Source: Mobula birostris
Taxonomy: Eukaryota
Length of the DNA stretch: 64,000 nucleotides
Reading direction: 5' to 3'
Assembly (NCBI RefSeq): GCF_030028105.1
Contig: NC_092376.1
Span: 105,584,230 to 105,648,229, forward strand
Below are positions 1 to 12,259 of the stretch, piece by piece. Under the pieces are notes generated by a model that saw nothing but the letters and a program-made list of their open reading frames with translations, did not search any database and was not told the origin of the DNA. How positions within the stretch are numbered: the stretch's first letter is position 1; every line of letters starts with the position of its first letter. Position numbers and translations under genes: made by a program.

Positions 1-630
1 AAGCTATTTCCATTGGTGGAGGGTGCTACTGACTAAAGGACACAAGGATAAAATAAAGGGTAAGAGAGGGAGGAGTGACATCAGGAAAACTTTTTTATGC
101 ATAAAACAGAGTGGGAATAAAGGGATCCCATTCCGGCTGGCTGCCGGTTACCAGTTGAGTTCCACAGGGGTCAGTGTTGGGACCGCTGCCTTTTACGATG
201 TATGTCAATAATTTGGACTATGGTATCAATGGATTTGTGGTTAAATTTGTCATGATACAAAGATAGGTGGAGGAGCGGGTAGTGTTGAGGAAACAGAGAG
301 CCTGCAGAGAGATTTAGATAGTTTAGGGGAATGGGCAAACAACTGGCAAATGAAATACAATGTTGGAAAGAGTATGGTCATGCACTTTGGAGGAAGGAAT
401 AAACAGACAGACTATTATTTAGATGAGGAGTGAATTGAAAATGCAGAGATGCAAAGGGACTTGGGAGTTCTTCTGCAAGATATCCTAAAGGTTAACCTCC
501 AGGTTGAGTTGGTTGTGAAGAAGGTGAATGCAATGTTGGCATTCATTTCTAGGGGTTTAGAATATAAGAGCAGGGATGTGATGTTGAGGCTCTATAAGGC
601 ACTCGTGAGACCACACTGGGAGTATTATGC
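1..630 (+). mobile_element. CR1 LINE ORF2 fragments; 5' part of a copy interrupted by a Penelope-like insertion
   Basis: GTTCCACAGGGGTCAGTGTTGGGACC (VPQGSVLG) and MLAFISRGLEYKSRDVMLRLYKALVRPH; the element resumes at 4303. Confidence 0.9.
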
Positions 631-691
631 AACACACATCAAAGTTGCTGGTGAACGCAGCAGGCCAGGCAGCATCCGTAGGAAGAGGTGC

Positions 692-727
692 AGTCGACGT
701 TTCAGGCCGAGACCCTTCGTCAGGACT
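692..727 (-). ncRNA. Minimal type I hammerhead ribozyme motif in the PLE pLTR
   Basis: Reverse complement reads AGTC-CTGACGA-AGG(GTCTCGG)CCT-GAAAC-GTC-GACT: intact CUGANGA/GAAA core, helix I and II pairing, GUC triplet. Confidence 0.85.
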
Positions 728-3007
728 AACTGAAGGAAGAGTGAGTAAGGGATTTGAAAGTTGGAGGGGGAGGGGGAGATCCAAAATGATAGGAGAAGAC
801 AGGAGGGGGAGGGATGGAGCCAAGAGCTGGACAGGTGATAGGCAAAAGGGGATACAAGAGGATCATGGGACAGGAGGTCCGGGAAGAAAGACAAGGGGAG
901 GGGGGAACCAAAGGATGGGCAAGAGGTATATTCAGAGGGACAGCGGGAGAAAAAGGAGAGTGAGAGAAAGAATGTGTGCATAAAAATAAGTAACAGATGG
1001 GGTACGAGGGGGAGGTGGGGCCTTAGCGGAAGTTAGAGAAGTCGATGTTCATGCCATCAGGTTGGAGGCTACCCAGACGGAATATAAGGTGTTGTTCCTC
1101 CAACCTGAGTGTGGCTTCATCTTTACAGTAGAGGAGGCCGTGGATAGACATGTCAGAATGGGAATGGGAGGTGGAATTAAAATGTGTGGCCACTGGGAGA
1201 TCCTGCTTTCTCTGGCGGACAGAGCGTAGATGTTCAGCAAAGTGGTCTCCCAGTCTGCGTCGGGTCTCGCCAATATATAAAAGGCCACATCGGGAGCACC
1301 GGAGGCATATATCACCCCAGTCGACTCACAGGTGAAGTGTTGCCTCACCTGGAAGGACTGTTTGGGGCCCTGAATGGTGGTAAGGGAGGAAGTGTAAGGG
1401 CATGTGTAGCACTTGTTCCGCTTACATGGATAAGTGCCAGGAGGGTGATCAGTGGGGAGGGATGGGAGGGACGAATGGACAAGGGAGTTGCGTAGGGAGC
1501 GATCCCTGCGGAATGCAGAGAGAAGGGGGGAGGGAAAGATGTGCTTAGTGGTGGGATCCCGTTGGAGGTGGCGGAAGTTACGGAGAATAATATGTTGGAC
1601 CCGGAGGCTGGTGGGGTGGTAGGTGAGGACCAGGGGAACCCTATTCCTAGTGGGGTGGCGGGAGGATGGAGTGAGAGCAGATGTACGTGAAATGGGGGAG
1701 ATGCGTTTAAGAGCAGAGTTGATAGTGGAGGAAGGGAAGCCCCTTTCTTTAAAAAAGGAAGACATCTCCCTCATCCTAGAATGAAAAGCTTGAGGGCAGG
1801 GTGAAAGTTGGAGGCAAAGTTAATAAAGTCAACGAGTTCTGCATACGTGCAGGAAGCAACGCCAATGCAGTCGTCGATGTAGCAAAGGAAAAGTGTGGGA
1901 CAGATACCAGAATAGGCATGGAACATAGATTGTTCAACAAACCCAACAAAAAGGCAGGCATAGCTAGGACCCATACGGGTGCCCATAGCTACACCTTTAG
2001 TTTGGAGGAAGTGGGAGGAGCCAAAGGAGAAATTATTAAGAGTAAGGACTAATTCCGCTAGACGGAGCACAGTGGTGGTAGAGGGGAACTGATTAGGTCT
2101 GGAATCCAAAAAGAAGCGGAGAGCTTTGAGACCTTCCTGATAGGGGATGGAAGTATATAAGGACTGGACATCCATGGTGAAAATAAAGCGATGGGGGCCA
2201 GGGAACTTAAAATCATGGAAAAGTTTAAGAGCGTGAGAAGTGTCATGAACATAGGTCGGAAGGGATTGAACAAGGGGTGATAAAACCATGTCGAGGTATG
2301 CAGAAACAAGTTCGGTGGGGCAGGAGCAAGCTGAGACAATAGGTCGGCCAGGACAGGCAGGTTTGTGGATCTTGGGTAGGAGGTAGAAACGGGAAGTGCG
2401 GGGTGTGGGAACTATAAGGTTGGTAGCAGTGGATGGGAGATCCCCTGAGCGGATAAAGTCGGTGATGGTGTGGGAGACAATGGCCTTGTGCTCCTTAGTG
2501 GGGTCACGATCGAGGGGTAAATAAGAGGAGGTATCCGTGAGTTGTCGCTGTGCCTCGGCAAGGTAGAGGCCAGACTACAACAGCACCCCCCTTATCGGCG
2601 GGTTTAATAATAAGGTTAGGATTAGTGCAGAGGGAGTGGAGAGCAGAGCGTTCCGAAGGAGTGAGGTTGGAATGGGGACAAGGTGCGGTGAAGTCGAGAC
2701 GGTTGATGTCCCGTTGGCAATTAGCGATAACAAGATCCAGAGCAGGCAGAAGACCAGAGCCGGGTGTCCATGAAGAAGAGGAGCGTTGAAGACGGGAGAA
2801 GGGGTCATCGGTGGGGGTGGAAGAGTCCTTGCCGAAGAAGTAGGCTCGGAGACGGAGACGGCGGAAGAAAATTTCCGCATCATGGCGAACACGGAACTCG
2901 CTGAGGTGTGGGCGAAGGGGGACAAACGTGAGGCCCTTACTGAGAACAGAGCGTTCTGCCTCCGACAGTTGAAGGTCGGAGGGGATGGTAAAGACCCGGC
3001 ACGGATG

Positions 3008-3385
3008 ACAGCTGGGATCAGAGGGGGGACGGGGGAGGCTGGGTGTGTCAATGGAGAGGGGAGGGTTGGGGTGAGAGGAAGATGGAGCCTCTGAGGGCCC
3101 AGGAGCTGACGGTGGGATCTGAGGAAGACGGGGCTGCGGAGTGGTGGTGGGGGAAGGGGAGACGGGAGTCACAACAGCAGCACTTCTAGACCCGGCCTGG
3201 AGCTCAAGACTGGAATCTTGAGAGCTGGGATCAGAGGGGGGAGGGGGGAGGCTGGGGGTGTCAATGGAGAGGGGAGGGCTGGGGTGAGAGGAAGATGGAG
3301 CCTCTGAGTACCCAGGAGCTGACGGTGGGATCTGAGGGAGATGGGGTTGCAGAGTGGTGATGGGGGAAGGGGAGACGGGAGTTGC
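3008..3385. repeat. Imperfect ~160-bp direct repeat in the Pro-rich N-terminal part of the PLE ORF
   Basis: AGCTGGGATCAGAGGGGGGA...GGGAAGGGGAGACGGGAGT occurs at about 3010-3169 and 3222-3382. Confidence 0.8.
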
Positions 3386-3388
3386 AGT

Positions 3389-4302
3389 AGGGATCGCTCC
3401 CTACACAACTCCCTTGTCCATTCGTCCCTCCCATCCCTCCCCACTGATCTCCCTCCTGGCACTTATCCGTGTAAGCGGAACAAGTGCTACACATGCCCTT
3501 ACACTTCCTCCCTTACCACCATTCAGGGCCCCAAACGGTCCTTCCAGGTGAGGCAACACTTCACCTGTGAGTCGACTGGGGTGATATACTGCGTCTGGTG
3601 CTCCCGATGTGGCCTTTTATATATTGGCGAGACCTGACGCAGACTGGGAGACCGCTTTGCTGAACATCTACGCTCTGTCCGCCAGAGAAAGCAGGATCTC
3701 CCAGTGGCCACACATTTTAATTCCACATCCCATTCCCATTCTGACATGTCTATCCACAGCCTCCTCTACCGTAAAGATGAAGCCACACTCAGGTTGGAGG
3801 AACAACACCTTATATTCTGTCTGGGTAGCCTCCAACCTGATGGCATGAACATCGACTTCTCTAACTTCCGCTAAGGCCCCACCTCCCCCTCGTACCCCAT
3901 CTGTTACTTATTTTTATGCACACATTCTTTCTCTCACTCTCCTTTTTCTCCCGCTGCCCCTCTGAATATACCTCTTGCCCATCCTCTGGTTCCCCCCTCC
4001 CCTTGTCTTTCTTCCCGGACCTCCTGTCCCATGATCCTCTCGTATCCCCTTTTGCCTATCACCTGTCCAGCTCTTGGCTCCATCCCTCCCCCTCCTGTCT
4101 TCTCCTATCATTTTGGATCTCCCCCTCCCCCTCCAACTTTCAAATCCCTTACTCACTATTCCTTCACTTAGTCCTGACGAAGGGTCTCGGCCTGAAACGT
4201 CGACTGCACCTCTTCCTACAGATGCTGCCTAGCCTGCTGCATTCACCAGCAATTTTGATGTGTGTTGCTTGAATTTCCAGCATCTGCAGAATTCCTGTTG
4301 TT
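3389..4302 (+). repeat. Inverted PLE arm (GIY-YIG end + pLTR + tail), reverse complement of ~631-1510
   Basis: Mirror-image ORFs (625..981- vs 3916..4272+; 1049..1774- vs 3341..3848+) are nearly identical. Confidence 0.95.
4170..4205 (+). ncRNA. Minimal type I hammerhead ribozyme motif
   Basis: AGTC-CTGACGA-AGGGTCTCGGCCT-GAAAC-GTC-GACT; predicted cleavage after 4201. Confidence 0.85.
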
Positions 4303-4853
4303 TGGGAGTATTATGCGCAGTTTTGGGCTCCTTCTTTGAGAAAGGATATACCGACATTGGAAAGGTCCAGAGAAGATTCATGAAAATGATTCCAGGAATG
4401 AGAGGGTTACCGTATGAGGAATGTCTGGCAGCTCTTGGGCTGTATTCCCTGGAATTCAGGAGAATGAGGGAAGATCTCAAAGAAATATTCCGAATGTTAA
4501 AAGGCCTGAACAGATTAGATATGGCAAAGTTATTTCCCATGGTAGGGTATTCTAGGACTAGAGGGCACAACTTCAGGATTGAAGGATGTCTATTTAGAAC
4601 TGAGATGTGGAGAAATTGCTTTAGTCAGAGGGTGGTAAATCTGTGGAATTTGTTGCCATGAGTGGCTGTGGAGGTCAAGTAATAGGGTGTACTTAAGGCA
4701 GAGGTAGATATGTTCTTGATTAGCCAGGGAATCAAAGGTGAAAGCAGGGAGTGGGGATGACTGGAAGAATTGGATCAGCCCATGATTGAATGGCAGAGCA
4801 GTCTCCATGGGCTGAATGGCCTACTTCTGCTCCTATATGTTATGGTCTTATGG
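4303..4853 (+). mobile_element. CR1 LINE 3' end (continuation of 1-630)
   Basis: LGLYSLEFRRMREDL...FSQRVVNLWNLLP, followed by the CR1 tail ending (GTCTTAT)-like. Confidence 0.9.
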
Positions 4854-5175
4854 TCAGTCTGTGTTTGGAACCTGGAATGCACAGCCTGCTGATATGGTGC
4901 AAGCAGGTTCCATTGTTATCTTTGAGAGATAATTGGATAGATTCAGTCCATGATGTAGAAAAATTTGCAGGAAAGAGATGGCAACATGACAGTGCTCTGG
5001 TAGAGAACTGGTGCAGACAAGATGGGCTCAATGGCCCTCCCTCTTGCAGTGACCATTCTATGACTGATTCTATACCACTTTTCCTGCTATGCTTTCTTGA
5101 CAGAGCAGGCTGTTCCTTTAATGGCCAATCTCTGTCACATTCCTGCTACTTGCGCTTCAGCATGGGGAATATCGT

Positions 5176-6286
5176 AATACAAACAAAATCCTTCCCTCAC
5201 CCACATCTCCTCCTTTTCCCAAGCATGCCCCCTCAACCCATCTCCCCGCTACATTAACAATCAGTAGAGTTCCTCTTGTTCTTACCTACCACTCCATAAG
5301 CCTCCGCATCCAGCATATCATTCTCTGCAACTTCCACCATCTTCGATGGATTCCTACCACCAAAAGCATCTTTATCTTCCCCTTCCTCCCACTCACTCCA
5401 TTTTCCACAAGGATCACTCCCTCCATTCATCCCTCTCTACTAAGCTCCCTCCTGGCACTTATTCCTGAAGGAACACCAGCCTATTCATCTCTTCTCGCCT
5501 CCATTCAGGGTCCCAAACGGCCCTTCTAGGTGAGGCAGCACTTAACCTGCAAATCTGCTGTGGTCATCTATTGAATCTGGTGCTCCTGAAGTTGCCTGCT
5601 CTGCTTTGGTGAGACCCAGTGTAGATTGGGAAACTGCTTAGTCGTGCACCTTGCTCCATCTGCAGCAAGCATGGTTTCCCAGTGACAAATCATTTCAATT
5701 CCACTGGCCATTCCCATTCTGTCATGTCTATCTAGGGCTTCCTTGTCTTCCGTGGAGAGGCCACTCTCATATTGGAGGAGCAACAGTTCAGTTTTCATCT
5801 GGGTGGCCTCTGACCTGATGGCATAAACATTGATTTCACCCCCTTCTGGTAATTTTTCCCCTCCTCCTTCCCTCTTCTTCCATTCCCCACTTTGGCTTTC
5901 CTTTTACCCCCTTCTTTTCTCCTCACCTGCCAAGCACCTTTCCTTTCTCCCATGGTCTATTCTCCTCTCCTATCAGATCCACTCTTCAGCTCTTTACCTT
6001 TTCCAACTATCACCTTCCAGTTTCTCATTTTATCCCCCCTCTCCCGTCCACTTACCTTCCCCTCACCTGGCTTCACTTATCACATTCTAGCTTCTACCTC
6101 TTCCCTTCCACACACATTCTTATTCTGGCTTTTCCCCCCTTCCATTCCAATCCTGATGGGGAGTCTTGGCCTAAAACATCGACTGTTCATTCCTTTCCAC
6201 AGATGCTGCCTGACCTGCTGAATTCATTAAGCATTTTGACTGTGTTACTCTGTATTCCCAGAAAATGCAGAATCTCTTTGTGTTTA
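5176..6286 (+). mobile_element. Older, degenerate Penelope-like fragment (GIY-YIG region + pLTR with decayed hammerhead at ~6150-6185)
   Basis: Collinear similarity to 3389-4302 (CCATTCAGGGTCCCAAAC, TTGGAGGAGCAACA, AGATGCTGCCTGACCTGCTGA). Confidence 0.8.
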
Positions 6287-6439
6287 CGGGGAATATTATG
6301 ATTTGCTCACAGTGCAGGTTAAGTAAGAGTTATAATGCTTCAAAATATAAACATTGAACAAAAATTAAAAAAAAAGGTTTTGTGGATGGAGAGATGAAAC
6401 ACAGTGGAGTAGTTGTTGTTTTAGTTACCTGCTGTAAGT

Positions 6440-7360
6440 GTCATTGAAAATAAGTATGACATTCACTAATGGAATTTCAAGACAACTTCTACGTAGAATT
6501 CCATAACAACTATGGAAACAAATGTCAGAAATGACAAACAGCAGGCACATACCATCATATCATTCATTTTAATGGATGTGAACAAAGATAAATTTACATC
6601 TGAGGCTTATAAAACTGAAAATACAGGTGAAAATGATAAGAATTTTGATGGAATGCAAACAAAAGATGAGGATGGCTAAGAAGGTATATGAGAAAAGTCT
6701 GAAGATCAACACAAAGGAAAAATAGCAGGAGCTTTTACACAACCATTACAACTTAAAAAGAAATCAAGGAAAGCAAAGGGCTCACTAAAGCATTAATGGT
6801 GCCATCTTGCATATGCGAATAAGGAACTTGATTGATAAATACCTTAAAGTTCTTTTGGCAAAGAAAGATGAAAGTGGTATTGTAGGAAGACCTGTAGACA
6901 GATATAAAGGAGCTTTTACTGTAAACCAATAGCCAGAGGGATGCTGCACTTAGAGTATATAATGATCGGCCTGGATGGTATTCAACTGATAAAAAGTGAA
7001 GAAGCTGACAGAGGTAGCAATAGAGGCACTAACAGTAATTGTGTTAAATGACTGCTGTGGGGAGCACTAAATGATCAATCTCTGTCCTGGCCAATTTCAA
7101 ATCAGCAAAGGTAAAGATCAGGCCAGACTTCGAATGTAGGCAGTTGATGTAAGCTTTAATTTCATATCCTGTTGCAAAATTAATAAACAGCTACTCAGAT
7201 GTTCATAATTAGTGAATGTCAGGAACTTCCATAAGGGCAGAAAGGGAGGACAGTCAGCAGAGGATTACAAAGTGCAGACTTAGCATGAGTATTTTATATG
7301 AATTTGGGAATAGGCAAACATGTGGGATACTGTATAGACTATTTTAGGAGGCTTTTGATA
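6440..7360 (+). mobile_element. Highly decayed CR1 ORF2 relic
   Basis: A-rich strand bias and remnants of PGLDG, SQxGFxKG and VYxDFxKAFD motifs. Confidence 0.5.
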
Positions 7361-7437
7361 TTTAGCAAGAAAGAAACAAATCCCCTCGCCTTTCACTTCC
7401 AACCCTATTGAAGAGATCAGTATTGTTTACTTTTAAG

Positions 7438-7545
7438 TAGAGTCCTGACACAGGTTTTTGATCTGAAATGTTGACAATTTCTTTCCACCCACTGATGCCG
7501 TTTGACCTGCTGAGTTCTTCCAGCAGATTATGCGTTGCTCCAAGT
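7438..7545 (+). mobile_element. Short PLE pLTR fragment with decayed hammerhead
   Basis: AGTCCTGACACAGG...CTGAAATGTTGAC...GATGCCGTTTGACCTGCTGAGTTCTTCCAGCA. Confidence 0.65.
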
Positions 7546-8059
7546 TTATGTTCATCTTGTGAGTGCTGTGTACCTGAAACTCGCTGCCTCTGATGATGCT
7601 GCAAGTAAGTATTCACTGCACCTGGGCATACGTGTACTTGTGCAGAGGACAATAAACTTGACTCTGACTTTGAAAATATGATTGCCTTGATGGATTGAAG
7701 CACTGGCTTGAGTCTAAAAATAAGTGCCTGAACAAGGCCCTTGGATTTGTTCTGTAAATGAGTCCATGTCATCAAAATTAAGTGATGCTGAATTTCTAGA
7801 AATTAAGCTGTATTATTTATCTTTTTATTCAGTCCTTCTATTGTCTTTCCTCTCATTATCTTTGTATGTGTCTAATCTTGACGTTGTCCAAGACCTTTGT
7901 TGTTGCCCTCTTGGTTTTGCTAAGTTTTAATTCACCACTGGTGGCGAGCAGCCAATTCTGCCTGTTTCCTGCAAGATGTGAAAAATGACTTGTTTGCTCA
8001 AACCTTTGGGTTCTAGCCCTCATACTTCCTCATGTGGTTTGTAGGGAAATTTAGGTTTA

Positions 8060-9400
8060 GCAGACTGTCAGAGCCCTTCTCACAGAGTGGAAATAGAGGG
8101 CTTAGCTTTAAGTTGAGAGAGGTGAAGTTTAAAGGAGATATGCAAGGCAAATATTTTGCACACATTCCGTGGTAGATATCTGGAATATATCTGCCATGGT
8201 AAATGGTGGAAGCAGTTAGGATAGTCTCAGTTAAGAGGCATTTAGACAAGCATATGAGTAGACCTGGAATGGAAAGATGTAGACCAATTACAGGCAAATG
8301 GGATTAGTTTGGATTGACATCACATTGACACAGATATCATGGATCATAGAGCTGTACTGCTTTATGTTCTGTGATCACATTCCTGTGAAGACATTTGAGA
8401 CAAGTTGTTGTTATGGTTGCACATATAGGATAGTGCTGAGTAGGCAGGGAGATATGAATTGGGGGATGTCTAGATGAATTTCTTTTGGGTGGGAAATGGG
8501 CCAGACAGCTGTGGAGATTTCCATTTATAATAGCAATCTGAAGACAAGAAATTAGCTGCATTGAATGCTGAGAGAAGGCAAGTATTCATTTTGTATCATG
8601 TCAGTGTAGACTCCATTAACAATATAGCCTTTCTGTTCTTGGTAATTTCTTGCATCATAGGCCCACAGTTCAATTCGTTCAGCCAATCTGCATAAGTTAT
8701 TTCCTATATTTTCTGAGGACAAGACTGTCACGAAACTAGAGGAGTGCAAAATAGATTTATGAGGATAAAACTAGGACTGTAGAGTTTGACTATAAGGAGA
8801 GACTGGAAAGGCTGTGACTTTTATTTTCCTGGAGAGTAGGATAGTGAGGGGTGAATATATGGAGATTTATAAAATCATGAGGAGTATCAGTAAGTTGAAA
8901 ATCAGTCTTTTTTTCCCAGGGTAAAGAAGTCTAAATCTATAGGGAATAAGATTAAGTTGAGAGGCAAAAGATTTCAGATACCTAAGGGGCAATATTTTCA
9001 CTAAGAAAAAAGTGAGTATACAGGATGAGCCAGCAAAGGAGCTAGTGGAAATGGGGTGGCATGGTAGCATAGGGTGAAGATTTTCCAGGCGCAGATCCAT
9101 GGCCTCGCAAGACTTAACAGATGCTGTAGATTTCTATGTTTTATGATTGCTGGGCGGCATGGCTTGAAGGGCCAGAAGGGCCTATTCTGCGATGTAGCTC
9201 AATAAATAAATAAACAAACAAATAAACAAGCAAACAAATAAATAAATAGAGGTGGGTACAGTTACAATGTTTAAAAGGTATATAGACACATATGAAAGAT
9301 TAAGAGGGATATGGGCTAACTGGGACTGACTCAGTTCGCCAGCTTGGTCAACATGGACAAGTTGGACTGAAGCACCTGTTTCTGTGCTGTATATCTCTAT
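8060..9400 (+). mobile_element. Two CR1 3'-end fragments (~8060-8370 and ~8740-9400); the second is interrupted by a chimeric SINE at ~9050-9247
   Basis: Typical CR1 C-terminal and 3' UTR motifs (TTTAAAGGAGAT, GGGCCTGTTTCTGTGCTGTA-like). Confidence 0.7.
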
Positions 9401-9735
9401 AACATGGGGAGGTCATTCAGCCCATCAAGTCTGTTCCACCTCTCAAGGCAATCCCATCTATTCGGTTTCCTCCCTCATTTCTCTGTAGTCCATACACTCT
9501 TGTGTGTTCATTGACTCCCCCAAACCCCTATTCTCCTGCCATCCATTCATACACTGAGGTCATAGGCAGTGGCTCATTAACCTTCAATCAACACTGGAAG
9601 GTGGGAGAAAACTGGTGCAAACCTATGCAGTCACAGGGAGAAAGAAATCCTACAAATACAGCACCGGAGTTCTGGTTCGAACCTGAGTCACTGGACCTGT
9701 GTGGAAGCACTATGAATCATACACCATTCACTGCT
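9400..9735 (-). mobile_element. V-SINE/HE1-like tRNA-derived SINE
   Basis: Reverse complement of the V-domain core (GTGGGAGAAAACTGG) plus B-box-like GGTTCGAACC. Confidence 0.6.
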
Positions 9736-11547
9736 CCGGTGAGACCACGCCCACCCCCACCTTTCTCATGGTCAGTCTATGAGGGGAAGAAATTAAGAAA
9801 GTCATAGTCACAAATGGATTGCCAACATGGAGATAGGGAAACGCCACATTTTGAAACATTAGCTGAAGCGTTTGCAGTATTATGAGGGAGTGCAAACAGT
9901 TTGAAAGCTCTTTCAAAGAGCCAGAATTCTAATAAGTTGAATGACCTCTTTCGGCTTTATAAAGTTCCATGATCATAATTATAGCGGGTGCCGTTCAAAT
10001 GTCACTGTCCTGGCCGGACAGAATGAAACCAGGAAACTTGCTTCATCCTCATGCCCAGAAAAACTTCCTGAACTGTGGGCTGTTTAGAACTAATGTGGAT
10101 ACTTCTCCTTCATTCTTCAGCCTGTTAATTACTGATGGCGTAAGGCAATCTTACAATGCCTCCCCAGGCCTCATCACCCAGCTCTGGGAAAGTCAAGGTC
10201 ATGGGGACACGTCACAACATTAATTCAATCACATTTAGATCGACAATTCTTCATTAAAGCTAGATCAAATTGCTAAAGCTCCTGCTTCACCAGACGGGCT
10301 GCAGCCGTGTAAGAAGGCTCTCTATTCATGATAAATAACTGATAAATTCAGTCTGACCAGTGTTGGACACCTTCCTGCATCACATTTAAATAAAAGAATA
10401 TAGGAGCAATAAAACAACCATAGCCCAGATGGGAAAACTAATTGGTTTATAGGCAGAAAAAGTCTAATTTTCATAATTACAGTGTAATTATCACACTACA
10501 CCCTATAATTTCTGCCACTGTCTTTATGTAGATTATTTGATTTTGTCAAATGCTTTTTAGTAGTTACAATGCTGATTTTACGCGATATGGTAAAACAAGT
10601 GTTGGCACACCATCCAAAGGCTCCGAAATTTTGATTTGTTTATAAATCTGGAATGTAACACGGGTGGCTAAAACATGCTGTAGCTTGCTCTAACTCAAAT
10701 CTCAAGACATAACCCATTTCTCTCATTATGTAACATTCCTTATCAATGTTATATACGAGTCTCTTCTTACAGGTCTTGATAGTACATTGCAATCACTTTT
10801 CATGACAGCATATGTGAGAGCAACAACGCAGTTTATTTTGTTGTTGTTAAACTTTCTTTATGGATGACACACTCCAACCTAACCATTGCATGGGTCCCAA
10901 ATATTCCCAAGACTTTCAGGATTCCAAATAACTAATTAGAATAGGAATAGGAACAGTGAGACAAGCCAACACCAAGTGGCAATGCTAATACACATGATGG
11001 AACAGACAAATAAGTGTCATTCACAGTGAATGGCTCTGATAGGACTTTGAATGTAACATACACCATTCCTGAATAATAATTTTGTCAATTCATTTACTAT
11101 ACAAACTAGTTCTCTGAGGCACAAAGAAAGCAACAGGTATGTTTACAAACATCTGAAGAAAGATACCAAAAGAGATAATAACTTTAAAGAAAGACTGACC
11201 AAGCAAGGGCTGCTTTCTATAGAATCTGCAAGGCTAGGGACCAATAATAATATGTTTAAAAAGGAAAATACAGCCGAGGGGGGGGGGAGGGGCGGGTTCA
11301 GAAACATTGAGCCATAACTATAAGGTAGCATAATTTTCAGAAAAGGAGTTTGGGAGTGGTATCTGTAGAGAATTTGTAACCCACTGTCATGTAGGATGGC
11401 GGAGGAAGTTCAATGATGTAAAGGAGAAGATAACATTGGGGAATCTTTGCGTGGAGTTAGTCTGAGTGACCAGTTTCAGTATAATACCATTTACTTACTA
11501 GATCTTGACATGATACAACTAATTGAAATATGGGTAATTACCAAGTA

Positions 11548-12090
11548 AAAACAGAAATGCAGAAATCTGAAATAAAAGCAGAACACACGGGAAATTCTCA
11601 GCAAACCAGACAGCAAAGTTAACGTTCCAGGTCATCTATCTCTCATCTGTTTCTGGAAGACTTTCTAATTAGCAGTACTGTGGTGTGGCTGGAAGTGCCA
11701 CTAAATCACAGCCCCAGCAATTGGGATTTCATCCTGACAACCAGTCTTGTCCTTGTGGAATTTGCACATTCTCTCTGAGACTTTGTGGGTTTTCTCTGCT
11801 GCTCCAGTTTCATGCTGGTTGTTTGGTAGGGTAGTTGGCCATTGTAAATTGTCACAAGAGTAGGTGGGCAGTAGAGGAATTGGAGGGGAGTTGATGCAAA
11901 TGTGAGATAGTTGGGTGGCTGAGAAATAAGTGGGTGAATGGGGTTGCTGACATAGACCCAATGGGCCAAATGGCATCATTCTATTTCATGAGAAGACATG
12001 AAGTCAATGTGAAATATCAACTTTTTCTCACTCCATAGATACTGCCTAACCTGCTGAGAATTTTCATCTTTTTCTGTTCTTATTACAATC
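11548..12090. mobile_element. Old PLE-derived fold-back element interrupted by a V-SINE (~11673-11995, +)
   Basis: Left arm GCAGAAATCTGAAATAAAAGCAGAA...TTCTCAGCA is inverse to right arm TGCTGAGAATTTTCATCTTTTTCTGTTCTTATTACA; the SINE core GTGGGTTTTCTCTGCTGCTCCAGTTTC lies between. Confidence 0.6.
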
Positions 12091-12259
12091 CAGATAATTC
12101 ATTGATTCATCTATACTGCCAAGTTAATTATCACTTATTGTCATTTAACTTCTAAATTTACATTGACATCTAATCCTCTGTTTGTACCATCCTGGTTTTG
12201 GAATACCTTTGTCCTATGAACGGGGTGTGCATTGTACTTTAAGATAACTAGTAGTTATT

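Larger units (their letters stand above)
631..4302 (-). mobile_element. Penelope-like retroelement (RT + GIY-YIG, probably Neptune group), frameshifted, with an inverted terminal copy
   Basis: RT motifs FTMDVQSLYTSIP, QTKGVAMGTRMGPSYACLF and YIDD (1771-2289 -); IIKPADKGGAVVV (2504-3172 -); Cys linker CKRNKCYTC; GIY-YIG GVIYCVWCSRCGLLYIGET; TSD TGGGAGTATTATGC at 617-630 and 4303-4316. Confidence 0.93.

Noticed and set aside
625-983. Recurrent ORFs such as ...SPDEGSRPETSTAPLP... and MQHTSKLLVNAAGQAAS
   Set aside because: Translations of the non-coding PLE pLTR/hammerhead, repeated wherever the element occurs
9985-10030. Minus-strand SGQDSDI resembling the next INSYN2 exon (TGQD)
   Set aside because: Immediate stop codon and no NCxxC motif
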